Source: Gemmatimonadales bacterium (GTDB taxonomy: Bacteria > Gemmatimonadota > Gemmatimonadetes > Gemmatimonadales > GWC2-71-9). Taken from it: a stretch of DNA of 64,000 bases. The position numbers were made by a program, and so were the translations under genes. Positions 1 through 15,873 of the stretch are shown in pieces. Position 1 is the stretch's first letter. Every line of letters begins with the position of its first letter. Below the pieces are notes generated by a model. That model was not told the DNA's origin, did no database searches, and saw only the letters and a list, made by a program, of their open reading frames with translations. The DNA lies in the NCBI GenBank assembly GCA_036522875.1, contig DATDEZ010000119.1, positions 244 to 64,243 on the forward strand, written 5' to 3'.

Positions 1-2
1 AA

Positions 3-53
3 GGGTTGACCGCATTTCTCGAAAAGCGTTCCGCCAAATTCCAGGGCCGCTAG
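3..53 (+). CDS. 3' end of an enoyl-CoA hydratase/isomerase (crotonase-fold) gene, partial
   Basis: Frame 3 reads GLTAFLEKRSAKFQGR-stop. This resembles the conserved C-terminal EGxxAFxEKRxPxF tail of crotonases. The 5' end lies outside the window. Confidence 0.45.
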   Translation, partial: GLTAFLEKRSAKFQGR

Positions 54-55
54 TC

Positions 56-400
56 TTGCTCGTCGCCGCGGCGTGCCTGGGCGAGCGGCAGCGCCCGGGA
101 CCGCCCCTGCTCACCTTCACGATCGACGACACTACCGTGCACGCGAATCGTGCCGATACCGTCTCGGGCCGCGTCAGCGCGTCCGATCCGGACGGGATCG
201 ATTCCGTGTGGGTCACGGTGGACTCCGAGGAGCGGGGCGACAACGGGGCGTTCGATCCGTCCTTCACAGCGACCTACCGCTTCATTATCGAGCTGGGGCA
301 TACACCGCCCGTGGGCCAGCACATGCCGGTGTCGTTTCGGGCGCGGGATGTGGCCGGATTTCAGGTGCAGCGCGACACCTACGTCGTGGTCATACCGTAA
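56..400 (+). CDS. hypothetical secreted or lipoprotein with an Ig-like/cadherin-like repeat flavour
   Basis: 114-aa ORF with a TTG start right after the upstream stop. It has a short hydrophobic N-terminus with Cys (LVAAAC) and a beta-rich DPDGIDSVWVTVD segment. No family was recognised with certainty. Confidence 0.45.
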   Translation: MLVAAACLGERQRPGPPLLTFTIDDTTVHANRADTVSGRVSASDPDGIDSVWVTVDSEERGDNGAFDPSFTATYRFIIELGHTPPVGQHMPVSFRARDVAGFQVQRDTYVVVIP

Positions 401-458
401 CTTCCGCCACAGCCTTAACTGTTGACAGGACAATGACTTCCGGCTATTTTACGCGCCT

Positions 459-4070
<3,612 letters not shown>

Positions 4071-4076
4071 TGGTTC

Positions 4077-4862
4077 ATGCGCCTCTCACTCTGCCTGCTC
4101 GCGCCGTTCATCGCTACGGGACTTGCCGCTCAAACAGTAGCCCAACACATCGCCGAAGGCGACAGCGTCAGTCTGATGCATCCGGACGTGCAGCTGCGCC
4201 ACTACCAGGCGGCCCTCGCGATCGACTCGCTGTCGTATGAGGCGAACTGGAGAGCGGCGCGGGCGATCGCCGACGTCGCCAAACAAATACAGAGCAACGC
4301 CGATTCCCTCAAGCAGCGGCGCGACAGTCTCTACGGCGTCGGTCGCGTGTACGCCGAGCGCGCGGTTCGCGCCGACTCGACGAAGCCGGAAGGGCACTAC
4401 GTCCTTTCGATGGTCCTGGGGCGGCTGTCACGCACCAAGGGCAGCAAAGAGCGCGTCCGCTACGCGAAGATCATCTACGACGAGGCCACCAAAGCCGTGC
4501 AGATCGACTCGACCTACCATCTCGCCCACCACGTGCTCGGCGCCTGGAATGCCGAAGTCAAACGGCTGTCCGGCTTTCAGCGCTTTTTCGCGAAGATGCT
4601 GTTCGGCGGCGGCTTCATGGACAAGGCGAACTGGAACGATGCCGTCAGTCATCTCGAGACGGCGGTGCGGCTCGCGCCCGATCACATCTACCATCGGCTC
4701 GAGCTTGCCGAGGTGTACATGGATCTGGGCCGCTACTCCAAGGCTCGCGAGCAGCTGCAGGCGATCGCGGCGCTGCCGCCGGTCGACGTGCTCGATCCGC
4801 AGTACAAAGCGGACGCCGCGGCGTACATGAACGACATCAAGAACAAGAAGGACGAGACTTAG
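4077..4862 (+). CDS. secreted TPR-like / helical-repeat protein
   Basis: Internal ATG of ORF 3825..4862 gives the signal peptide MRLSLCLLAPFIATGLAAQ. The remainder is helical repeats. The upstream part of the ORF overlaps deoA antisense and is discounted. Confidence 0.6.
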   Translation: MRLSLCLLAPFIATGLAAQTVAQHIAEGDSVSLMHPDVQLRHYQAALAIDSLSYEANWRAARAIADVAKQIQSNADSLKQRRDSLYGVGRVYAERAVRADSTKPEGHYVLSMVLGRLSRTKGSKERVRYAKIIYDEATKAVQIDSTYHLAHHVLGAWNAEVKRLSGFQRFFAKMLFGGGFMDKANWNDAVSHLETAVRLAPDHIYHRLELAEVYMDLGRYSKAREQLQAIAALPPVDVLDPQYKADAAAYMNDIKNKKDET

Positions 4863-6166
4863 CGACCACCCCGGCCGGCCATCACGCGCTCGATCGCTTC
4901 GGTCGTGCGCGGCGCGCCGGCCGACAGCCATTCCCCGCCCTTCGCCGTCACGAGCACGTCGTCTTCGATCCGCACGCCCAGCTGCTCGGCCTGGAGATAG
5001 ATCCCCGGCTCGAGCGTGACCACCATGCCGGGCTCGAGCGGCCGCGAAATGCCGACGTCGTGGACGTCCATTCCGATGGGATGGCCGAGTCCGTGGTTGA
5101 AGTACTCGCGGTCGTCGCAGGTCTTGTCGCCGCAGAGGGTGCCCGAGTGGGCGTGCATGTACGCGCGCGCGATGCCGTCGAGCTGGCGCATCGTCATTCC
5201 GGGACGCAGCGAATCGAACGCCGCCTGCTGGGCGCCGAGCACCAGGTCGTACACGGCCTTCTGGCGCGGCGTGAACTTTCCGTTCACGGGGAACGTGCGC
5301 GTCACGTCGGCGGTGTACTGGCCCCACTCGGCGGCCGCGTCGATGACCACGAGATCGCCGTCCTGCGTCTTCCGGCGATTGACGTCGTAGTGCAGCGTCG
5401 TGGAATTGGGCCCCGAGCCGACGATGGACGGATAGCCCAGGCGGTCGGCGCCGTTGCGGCGGAAGCCGTCTTCGAGCGCCGCCTCGATCTCGTACTCGTA
5501 CATCCCCGGCTTCGCGGCGCGCATCGCCGCGATGTGGCCCGCCACGCTGATATCGACGGCGCGCCGGAGCCGCAGGATCTCGTCGGCATCCTTCACGACG
5601 CGCATCGAATCGACGATGGGCCTGAGGCTCGGCGTGTTGGGACCGCCACGCGTCGGCGTGTACACGGGTTCCGGGGCGCTCCTGGATCGCGCCTCGAGCG
5701 AATCGATCGGCAGGACCGTCGCGATCCCGGACAGCCGCACCGCCGTGCTGTCGGGGCCGAGTCGCAACCCGGTCCAGCGCTCCTGCGACGGCGTGCGCGG
5801 CGGCAGGAAGAGCACGGTTTCGATCGAATCAGGGCCGCGGGCGGTCATCAGGAGAACCGCGTCCTGCGTTTCGAGCTCGGTGAAATAGTAGAACGTGTTG
5901 TCCTGGCGGAAATCATTGTCCTGCACGTACTCCTGCTCGATGTCGCGCTCGTGACCGGCGGGAATCAGCACGGTGCCGCGGCCGATGCGGCGCATCAAGG
6001 CGCGGCGCCGCGCGGCGGTGGCCGTGATGTCCACCGGGCGTCCCATGCCGGGCAGCTCCGGAATCACGGTGTACGCACCGATCGGCCCCGCGGGCGCGGC
6101 GGACTGTGACGCCGACGGCGCGCTGAGCGCGACGCAGACGACAGCGGCGAGAGGGAGCGTTCGCAT
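4859..6166 (-). CDS. pepP: Xaa-Pro aminopeptidase (M24B), secreted
   Basis: 435 aa with a signal peptide. AMP_N-type N-domain, M24 metal ligands in the context DAAAEW..YTADVTRT, HGLGHPIGMDVHD, and EPGIY..GVRIEDDV. Confidence 0.85.
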   Translation of the reverse strand: MRTLPLAAVVCVALSAPSASQSAAPAGPIGAYTVIPELPGMGRPVDITATAARRRALMRRIGRGTVLIPAGHERDIEQEYVQDNDFRQDNTFYYFTELETQDAVLLMTARGPDSIETVLFLPPRTPSQERWTGLRLGPDSTAVRLSGIATVLPIDSLEARSRSAPEPVYTPTRGGPNTPSLRPIVDSMRVVKDADEILRLRRAVDISVAGHIAAMRAAKPGMYEYEIEAALEDGFRRNGADRLGYPSIVGSGPNSTTLHYDVNRRKTQDGDLVVIDAAAEWGQYTADVTRTFPVNGKFTPRQKAVYDLVLGAQQAAFDSLRPGMTMRQLDGIARAYMHAHSGTLCGDKTCDDREYFNHGLGHPIGMDVHDVGISRPLEPGMVVTLEPGIYLQAEQLGVRIEDDVLVTAKGGEWLSAGAPRTTEAIERVMAGRGGR

Positions 6167-6217
6167 GAGGCGTTAATCTACATCCGCTTGACGCGCGCCG
6201 AGTTTCCGAGCGAAACT

Positions 6218-9018
<2,801 letters not shown>

Positions 9019-9019
9019 G

Positions 9020-9532
9020 TTGGCTTTCCATATGAACACTCCGGCCACACCCGCGATCGTCCGGCAGCTCCATGCGAGCCTAGCCGCTCGTGCTCCCGAC
9101 CAGCTCGTCACCGTGCTCCAGGAGGTCGGGTACGCGGCGGGCGACGGGTTGTACCGCGCCTTCCTGGCCGCGAACAATCCCACCGAGCTCGATTCAGCCC
9201 TCCTCGGCGAAGCGTTGGCCGACCTGTTCACCGCCAACGGGTGGGGCAGCGTCACGATCACGCCCGTCGGTACAGGCGCGCTCGCCATCGATTCGACCGA
9301 CTGGGCGGAGGCGGAGCCGGGCACGGCGCAGACGCCGATGTGCTTTTTCTCGACGGGAATGCTGGCCGACTTCCTGGGCCGGATTTCCGACGAGACGATC
9401 GCCGTCATGGAGGTCGAGTGCCGCAGCAAGGGCGACGAGCGGTGCCGCTTCCTGTCGGCGACGCCGGAGGTGCTCGAGAAAGTTTACAACGAGATGACGG
9501 CGGGACGGACGTACGAGGAGGCACTCGCCTAA
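9020..9532 (+). CDS. V4R (4-vinyl reductase-like) domain protein
   Basis: 170 aa with a C-terminal pattern CFFSTGMLADFLG...EVECRSKGDERCRF typical of V4R domains. The start could be TTG 9020 or ATG 9032. Confidence 0.55.
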   Translation: MAFHMNTPATPAIVRQLHASLAARAPDQLVTVLQEVGYAAGDGLYRAFLAANNPTELDSALLGEALADLFTANGWGSVTITPVGTGALAIDSTDWAEAEPGTAQTPMCFFSTGMLADFLGRISDETIAVMEVECRSKGDERCRFLSATPEVLEKVYNEMTAGRTYEEALA

Positions 9533-10872
9533 CGACTGGCGACGCTGACGCCCTCCAGCAGCAGCGACGGCGACCAGCGCGATCCCAGCCAGCGACCGTC
9601 GCCTCCAAACCCGCCAATTCGTTTCAGTAAGTCGTACGCGTTCCCCGCGACCGCCGCGTCCTTCACGCGGCCGGTGATCTCCCCGTTCTGGACGCGGTAG
9701 GCGAGACCCACGGGATGGCTGAACGCGCCGCTGATCACGTTCCCCTGCCCCACGCCGATGAGATCGTCGACGATCAGGCCGTCACTGATGCCGTCGACCA
9801 GGCCGCCACCCAGCAGCGGCACGCCGATGCCGTGCCCGGGCTGGCGCCCTCCGTCCGCCATCCGAAACAGAATGTTCGTGTACCCGATGTGCGGCTTCCC
9901 GAACACGCCCCGCCGGCCGTTCCCGGTGCTCTGCGTCTTCGCGCGCGCCGCGGTTTCGAGATCGTAGATGAACCGGCCGACGAGGCCGTGCTCGACCAGG
10001 CTCGTGCAACGCGACGGGACGCACTCGTCGTCGATCGGACGTGAGACGGGACGTCCGGGCGTCAGCGGGTCATCCACGATCGACAGGCGCTCGTCGAATA
10101 TTTTTTCGCCGACCTTGCCGGCGAGCGGCGAGCTGCCCTGGAGCACGGTCTTGCCCGAGAGCGCCTGCTCGAGCGGCAGGACGACGGCGGCGAGGCCGGC
10201 CGGAGTGAAGATCACGGGCAAGGCACCGTCGGGCGGCGTCACGATCTTCAGCGCCGCCGCGAGCCTCGTCTCGATGGACCGTACCAGCGTCTCGAGGTCG
10301 GTGTCGCCCGGCATGTCGGCGCCCACGTACTGATCGTAAATCATCAAGACGTCGTCGCCGGCGATGCGCGTGACCTCGGCCGACACGGCGACGCCGGTGC
10401 CGCGATACTCGCCGCGCGCACCCGCCGTATTGCCGACCGCCGTCTCGGCGACCTCGCGCTCGACCGACACGTTCACCTGACAGTCGGGGCGGCCGAGACG
10501 CTCGACCAGCAACCGGCCGATGCGGATCAGATCGTCGAGCGACGCGTTGGCGGTGCGATCGAAGAACGTGGGGATCGGGGGCAGGGTTTGGGGGCTCGGC
10601 GCGGGAAACGCCAGATCCACGAGCTCTCCCAGGCCCGCGGACGCGCGTGCCCGCACCACCAGCGCGTCGACGTCCGGCTCGGCCGCCGTCGTGCCGGCGA
10701 CACCCATGCGGCCGCCCGCGAGGACGCGCAGGTTGATGCCCGTCTCTTCAGATATGCCGGCCGCCTTCAGGCGGCCCGACTCGAAGGCGACGGCGGTTTG
10801 TTCTTCGCGGCGCCACAGCGCATCAGCGCCGTCCACTTTGGCGCGCGCCCGCTCCAGCAGCCGATCGATCAT
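9529..10872 (-). CDS. pmbA: PmbA/TldE family metalloprotease subunit
   Basis: 447 aa, PmbA_TldD family flavour, with the C-terminal GNGRRG...GxxNxxxxxG pattern. Directly downstream of, and overlapping, tldD. Confidence 0.82.
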   Translation of the reverse strand: MIDRLLERARAKVDGADALWRREEQTAVAFESGRLKAAGISEETGINLRVLAGGRMGVAGTTAAEPDVDALVVRARASAGLGELVDLAFPAPSPQTLPPIPTFFDRTANASLDDLIRIGRLLVERLGRPDCQVNVSVEREVAETAVGNTAGARGEYRGTGVAVSAEVTRIAGDDVLMIYDQYVGADMPGDTDLETLVRSIETRLAAALKIVTPPDGALPVIFTPAGLAAVVLPLEQALSGKTVLQGSSPLAGKVGEKIFDERLSIVDDPLTPGRPVSRPIDDECVPSRCTSLVEHGLVGRFIYDLETAARAKTQSTGNGRRGVFGKPHIGYTNILFRMADGGRQPGHGIGVPLLGGGLVDGISDGLIVDDLIGVGQGNVISGAFSHPVGLAYRVQNGEITGRVKDAAVAGNAYDLLKRIGGFGGDGRWLGSRWSPSLLLEGVSVASR

Positions 10873-12248
10873 ACGTCACCGCCGATCAGCGCCTCTTCGA
10901 TCCGAACATGCGGCGCGCCTTCGGTCACGGGGAGCGGGAATTGGCCGCCTTTGCCGCACCCGCCGCCCATCTGATTCCAGGTGAAGTCGCCCGCGATGTG
11001 CTCGATGCGCTCGAGTGTCTGGAACAGATTGCCCGCCAGCACGACGTCCTTCACCATCTCGGCGACCTGGCCGTCGCGAATCATGTGCCCCCACGCGGCG
11101 GTGAACGAGAAGTTCTCGAGCATCGTCTGGCCGCCGAACGCGCCGCACGCATAGACGCCGAGCTTGATGTCGCGGATCAGATCCGCGAAGCCGACGCCCT
11201 GTTTCCCGGGAGCGATGTAGGTGTTCGTCATCCGCACGATGGGGGGATGGCGGAACGAAACGGCGCGGGCGTTGCCGGTCGGCCGCTCGCCCAGCTTCGC
11301 GGCCGTCTCGCGCGAGTGCAGCCGGCCGACCAGGATGCCTTCCTTGATGAGCGGCGTGTCCTGTGTCGGCGTGCCTTCGTCGTCATACGGCAACGTGCCG
11401 CGCAGGCCGGACGCCGCGCCGTTATCCCCGACGTTCAACACCGGTTTCCCGAATCGGCGGCCAAGGGTCATCATCTCGCGCGCTTGCGGGTTTTCGTAGA
11501 CGAAGTCGGCTTCGGACAGATGCCCGAAGGCTTCGTGGATGAAGACGCCCGCGAGCTCGTTGTCGAGAATCACGGGATAGGCGCCGCCTTTTACGCGCGG
11601 CGCGTCGAGCAGGTCCACGGCCCGCTGGCCGACGGCGCGGAACTGGTGCTCGAAGTTCTGCACGCTGTTCCAGCCTTTGCGGAGGCCGATCGACTCGAGG
11701 CCCTTCTCGATGTTGCCGTTGCGCCGGCCGGTCGCCGTGCCGGACAACACCACTTCGGGCCGCAGCTGATAAAGCGCCGTGCCTTCGGAGTTCACGTACC
11801 AGACTTCGGATACCTCGTCGTGGTAGCTCGCCTGCGTGTCGACGATCTTGTCCGAGACGGCGAGCATCGCGGCGTTATAGCGATCGAGCAGCGCTTTCTT
11901 TTCCGACAGCGCGATGCCGCGGACGTCGCCGTCGAGCTCGAGGACGCCGTCGGCGGTCTGCGGCGGCGTGTCGGCGAGCCGGATCGGCTCGTCCAGCCGC
12001 ACGGCGCGCGACAGCTCGTTCGCGCGCGCGACCATGGCGGGCAGCTCGTCGAGCGAGGTGAACGACGCGATCCCCCAGCCGCAGCCCTTGTTGAGCACGC
12101 GCACGAAGCCGCCCTGGTCCTCGCTGACGGTCGCGGTCTCGAGCCGCTTGCCGCGAAAGGCGACCGCGGAGCTCCACGTGCGTTCGACGCGGATTTCGGT
12201 GTAACCGGCGCGGGATTTTTTGACGGCTTCGGTGAGACGATCTTTCAA
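10869..12248 (-). CDS. tldD: TldD family metalloprotease
   Basis: Contains the HEAFGHLSE metal-binding motif. I place the start at TTG 12248 (LKDRLTEAVKKS), overlapping the upstream stop. The longer 607-aa ORF has an Arg-rich, non-homologous extension. Confidence 0.88.
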   Translation of the reverse strand: MKDRLTEAVKKSRAGYTEIRVERTWSSAVAFRGKRLETATVSEDQGGFVRVLNKGCGWGIASFTSLDELPAMVARANELSRAVRLDEPIRLADTPPQTADGVLELDGDVRGIALSEKKALLDRYNAAMLAVSDKIVDTQASYHDEVSEVWYVNSEGTALYQLRPEVVLSGTATGRRNGNIEKGLESIGLRKGWNSVQNFEHQFRAVGQRAVDLLDAPRVKGGAYPVILDNELAGVFIHEAFGHLSEADFVYENPQAREMMTLGRRFGKPVLNVGDNGAASGLRGTLPYDDEGTPTQDTPLIKEGILVGRLHSRETAAKLGERPTGNARAVSFRHPPIVRMTNTYIAPGKQGVGFADLIRDIKLGVYACGAFGGQTMLENFSFTAAWGHMIRDGQVAEMVKDVVLAGNLFQTLERIEHIAGDFTWNQMGGGCGKGGQFPLPVTEGAPHVRIEEALIGGDV

Positions 12249-12808
12249 CGGATGTCCTTCAGCTTGTCGCGGTAATCGGGCCGGACGACGATTTCGCCGT
12301 CGACGATGACTTCGAGGTCCCAGGGCAGAATGATGAAGTTCTCGTTCTCGAGCGCGAAGAAGTCGGGCTGGTACGTCCCCGTCTTGAACGACACCGCCGT
12401 CTTCAGCGCCGCGGGCTTCAGCTCGCGCACGGCCGCCAGGGCGAGCTTCATCGTGCTCCCCGACTCGCACGTTTCGTCGACGAGTAGTACCCGCTTGCCC
12501 GTCACGAGTCGCGGTGGGCCGGCGATGATCGCGGGGGCGGCGCCCGGCGCGCTGCGCGTGATCGCGATCGACGCGAAGTCCCGTTGCAGAATGGTCGCCA
12601 CGACGGCTCCGGGAATCACGCCGGCCTTCGCGATGCCGATCACGACCTCGGGGTCGTACTCCCGAAACACCTTGAGCGCCAGCACCCGGCACAGCTCGCC
12701 GAACAGCGGCCAGTCGACCTGGAGCACGCCGCGGGGGGTTTTGGCACCGGGACGAGTGGCGCCGGATGGACGGGCTGTGGGTCGGGAGGAGCGCGGCGGG
12801 AGGGGCAT
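12245..12808 (-). CDS. phosphoribosyltransferase family protein
   Basis: 187 aa with the PRPP-binding loop VLLVDETCESGSTM and a type-I PRTase fold pattern. Confidence 0.72.
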   Translation of the reverse strand: MPLPPRSSRPTARPSGATRPGAKTPRGVLQVDWPLFGELCRVLALKVFREYDPEVVIGIAKAGVIPGAVVATILQRDFASIAITRSAPGAAPAIIAGPPRLVTGKRVLLVDETCESGSTMKLALAAVRELKPAALKTAVSFKTGTYQPDFFALENENFIILPWDLEVIVDGEIVVRPDYRDKLKDIR

Positions 12809-12860
12809 GGTTGGGGATTCTACATTGCGGACGTCAACAGCCGCAAGCTATTTTCGGCCC

Positions 12861-13352
12861 ATGGGTTTCTGGCGCCGCTTGTTCGGAGGAGGCAGCTCGT
12901 CCGGGGGGGGCGATCTCAAACCGCAGCGCCTCGATTATCTCAACGAAGCCTTAGCCCTCGAGCGCCAGGGGGACTATGACGCCGCGCTGACGTCCTACCG
13001 CCTGGCGCTGCGCGATCACCCCAACGACGCGCGCATCCTTCAGAACATGGCGATCGCGTTCACCAAGACACGCCGCTACGACGAGGCGATCCGTCATTAT
13101 CGCCGCGCGCTCGAGCTCGACGGCTCACTCGCGGGCGCGCACTACGGGCTCGCGTTTCTGCTCCTGCAACGTGGCGACCCCGACGGCGCGGCGCAGCACC
13201 TCAAGACGTTTCTCGCCCATCCGCCGCGCGGCCCCGACGCGCAGAAGTGGATCGAGCACGCGACGCAGGCACTCCAGGATCTGCGCGCCGGCGTCACGCC
13301 CGCGGCTCCAGCCGCCGCCCGCTCGCCCGAAGAGAGGACCGGGACCCCCTGA
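12861..13352 (+). CDS. TPR repeat protein
   Basis: ATG at 12861 inside ORF 12306..13352 (MGFWRRLFGG...). Three TPR-like repeats (ALERQGDYDAALTSYRLALRDHPND, etc.). The upstream part of the ORF is antisense to the PRTase gene. Confidence 0.72.
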   Translation: MGFWRRLFGGGSSSGGGDLKPQRLDYLNEALALERQGDYDAALTSYRLALRDHPNDARILQNMAIAFTKTRRYDEAIRHYRRALELDGSLAGAHYGLAFLLLQRGDPDGAAQHLKTFLAHPPRGPDAQKWIEHATQALQDLRAGVTPAAPAAARSPEERTGTP

Positions 13353-14059
13353 TTCGGCGGTTGGTCGTCCTTGCCGGCCTGGTGCTCGTCGCTTGCAAAA
13401 TCAACACCGATGTGAATCAGGTCGTTGCCGTCGAGATCGTGCTGCCCGATTCGGGTCGCGTCGAGCTCCCGGACACGTTTCTCCCCACGGGCCGCGCGCT
13501 CAACGGCCTGGGCGATTCGGTCGGCGGCCAGCAGCTCTACTGGACGTCGCTCGACACGGCGATCATCGCGGTCCTCGACAGCACGACGGGCGTCACGCTG
13601 CCGAAAAAGCCGGGCGTCGGCCGGCTGCAAGCCCGGATCGGCAATCTGTTCTCGAACCCGCAGAACGTGACCGTGCTCGCGCGGCTGGACTCGATGAACG
13701 CGCTGAGCGCGGCGCGTGACACGATCGATCTCACGCCCGATTCCCTGGGCAAGGTCGACTCCCTTTCGAGCCCGCTGCAAATCGCGGTCTTTTCCATCGA
13801 CGGCGTGCCGAGTGGCCGGCGGGTCGTGTTCACGGCGACCACCTTTCCGGCGAGCGACTCGCTGGTCACATTTCTGCCGAATGACTCCGTCCTCACGACC
13901 GCCACGTCGACCAGCGCCGTCGGACAAACGCAGCTCGTCGTGCGGCCGCACGCCGGTACCCCGCCCGACTCCGTGGTCGTGAGCGCCACGATGAAGCGGC
14001 TCGACGGCACGCCGATCCCCGGCAGTCCCCAGACGTTCGTCGTGGAGATCAAGCCATGA
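13349..14059 (+). CDS. lipoprotein with Ig-like (BIG2-type) beta-domains
   Basis: Signal and lipobox LIRRLVVLAGLVLVAC, followed by beta-rich repeats. The start codon is uncertain (CTG 13349, ATT 13352 or TTG 13361), and no ATG or GTG is available. Confidence 0.5.
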   Translation: MIRRLVVLAGLVLVACKINTDVNQVVAVEIVLPDSGRVELPDTFLPTGRALNGLGDSVGGQQLYWTSLDTAIIAVLDSTTGVTLPKKPGVGRLQARIGNLFSNPQNVTVLARLDSMNALSAARDTIDLTPDSLGKVDSLSSPLQIAVFSIDGVPSGRRVVFTATTFPASDSLVTFLPNDSVLTTATSTSAVGQTQLVVRPHAGTPPDSVVVSATMKRLDGTPIPGSPQTFVVEIKP

Positions 14060-15873
14060 ATCGCGGCACGCTCACCCAGCTGTTCTTCACGACGATCGAC
14101 CGTCACGCCAGTCTTCCGGCGGCATTCCGCTCGAAGGTGGGCGGTGCCTGGATCGGCATCACTCATCGCCAGGCGCTCGACCGCGTGCAAGCGATCTCCC
14201 TCGGCCTCCGCGAGCTCGGCATCAAGCCCGGCGAGAAAGTCGCGATCGTGTCGGAGAATCGACCGGAATGGGCGCTCGCCGACTACGCGTGCCTGTGCAC
14301 GCGGACCGCGGACGTCCCGATCTATCCGACGCTCACCGCGAAACAGACCGAGTACATCCTGCGCGATTCCGAGTCGGTGGCCGTGTTCTGCTCGAGCGCC
14401 GCGCAGGTGGACAAGGTCCTCGAGGTCAAGGCCGGGCTCCCCGGGCTCAAGCACATCATCGCGTTCGACGCGGGCGCGGCGCGCCCCGGCGTGACGGCAC
14501 TCGCCGATCTGGAAGCGAAGGGACGGGCGGCGAGCGGCGCGCACGGCGACTGGAAGCAGCAGGCGCTGAACGTCGAACCCGACGATCTCGCGACGCTGAT
14601 CTACACGTCCGGCACGACGGGCGACCCGAAGGGCGTGATGCTCACGCATCACAACATCTGGTCGAACGTGCAGGCCGTGCTGCAGATGATTCCGATCGGG
14701 ACCGGCGACGAATGCCTTTCGATGCTGCCGTTATCGCACAGCTACGAGCGCATGGTCGATTACACGCTGTTTCAGGCCGGCGTCATCATCAATTACGCCG
14801 AGTCGTTCGACACGGTGGCGGCGAACCTCGGCGAGGTGAAGCCGACGGTCGTGTTGTCGGTGCCGCGGCTGTACGAAAAGGTGTACGCGCGCGTGCTCGA
14901 GAACGCGCTGTCGGGCAGCGCGATCAAACGCAACATCTTTTTCTGGGCGAAGCGCGCGGGCGAGCAATGGGCGACGCTCTCGCTCGCCGGGCTGCCGATT
15001 CCCGGCGGCCTCGCCCTCAAGAAGAAAATCGCCGACCGGCTGGTGTTCGCGAAGCTGCAGGCGCGCACGGGCGGCCGCATTCGCTTTTTCGTCTCCGGCG
15101 CCGCGCCCCTCTCCGCCGACATCGCCAAGTTCTTCTACAGTGCCGGGCTGCCGGTGATCGAGGGCTACGGTCTGACCGAATCGTCGCCGGTGCTCACGCT
15201 CAACCCCCTCGACCGCATCAAGCTCGGCACCGTGGGCCGCGCGATTCCCGGCGTCGAGCTCAAGATCGCGAGCGACGGCGAGATCCTGGCGCGCGGGCCG
15301 AACATCATGCAGGGCTATTACAAGCTGCCCGACGCGACGAAGGAAACCGTGGATGCCGACGGCTGGCTGCACACCGGCGACATCGGCGAGCTCGATTCCG
15401 ACGGCTATCTCAAGATCACGGACCGCAAGAAGGAGCTGCTCAAGACGGCGGGCGGGAAGTACATCGCGCCGCAGCCGATCGAGCAGATGGTGAAGCGCAA
15501 CAAGTTCGTCGCCAACGCGGTGATGTATGGCGACCGCCGCAAGTTTCCCATCATCCTGATCGTGCCGAACTTCGACAACCTCGAGCGCTGGGCACAGGAG
15601 CGCAGCCTGAGCTACGGCACGCATGCCGAGCTGATCGCGTTGCCGGACGTGCAGGCGAAGGTGGAGCGTGAGGTGATGAGCATGTTGCGCGAGCTCGCGA
15701 AGTACGAGACGCCGAAGAAGGTGCTGCTGCTCGAGCGCGACTTCACGATCGAATCGGGCGAGCTGACGCCGACGCTCAAGGTGAAGCGCCGGGTGATCGA
15801 GAAGAATTACAAGGAGCAGATCGACGCCGCCTACACGGCAGGCGACGCGATGGCCGCCGCGATCGAAGGCTAG
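14056..15873 (+). CDS. fadD: long-chain fatty-acid-CoA ligase (AMP-dependent synthetase)
   Basis: 605 aa with AMP-binding motifs IYTSGTTGDPKGVMLTH, EGYGLTE and GWLHTGDIG..DGYLKITDRKK. ATGA overlap with the upstream gene. Confidence 0.9.
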   Translation: MNRGTLTQLFFTTIDRHASLPAAFRSKVGGAWIGITHRQALDRVQAISLGLRELGIKPGEKVAIVSENRPEWALADYACLCTRTADVPIYPTLTAKQTEYILRDSESVAVFCSSAAQVDKVLEVKAGLPGLKHIIAFDAGAARPGVTALADLEAKGRAASGAHGDWKQQALNVEPDDLATLIYTSGTTGDPKGVMLTHHNIWSNVQAVLQMIPIGTGDECLSMLPLSHSYERMVDYTLFQAGVIINYAESFDTVAANLGEVKPTVVLSVPRLYEKVYARVLENALSGSAIKRNIFFWAKRAGEQWATLSLAGLPIPGGLALKKKIADRLVFAKLQARTGGRIRFFVSGAAPLSADIAKFFYSAGLPVIEGYGLTESSPVLTLNPLDRIKLGTVGRAIPGVELKIASDGEILARGPNIMQGYYKLPDATKETVDADGWLHTGDIGELDSDGYLKITDRKKELLKTAGGKYIAPQPIEQMVKRNKFVANAVMYGDRRKFPIILIVPNFDNLERWAQERSLSYGTHAELIALPDVQAKVEREVMSMLRELAKYETPKKVLLLERDFTIESGELTPTLKVKRRVIEKNYKEQIDAAYTAGDAMAAAIEG

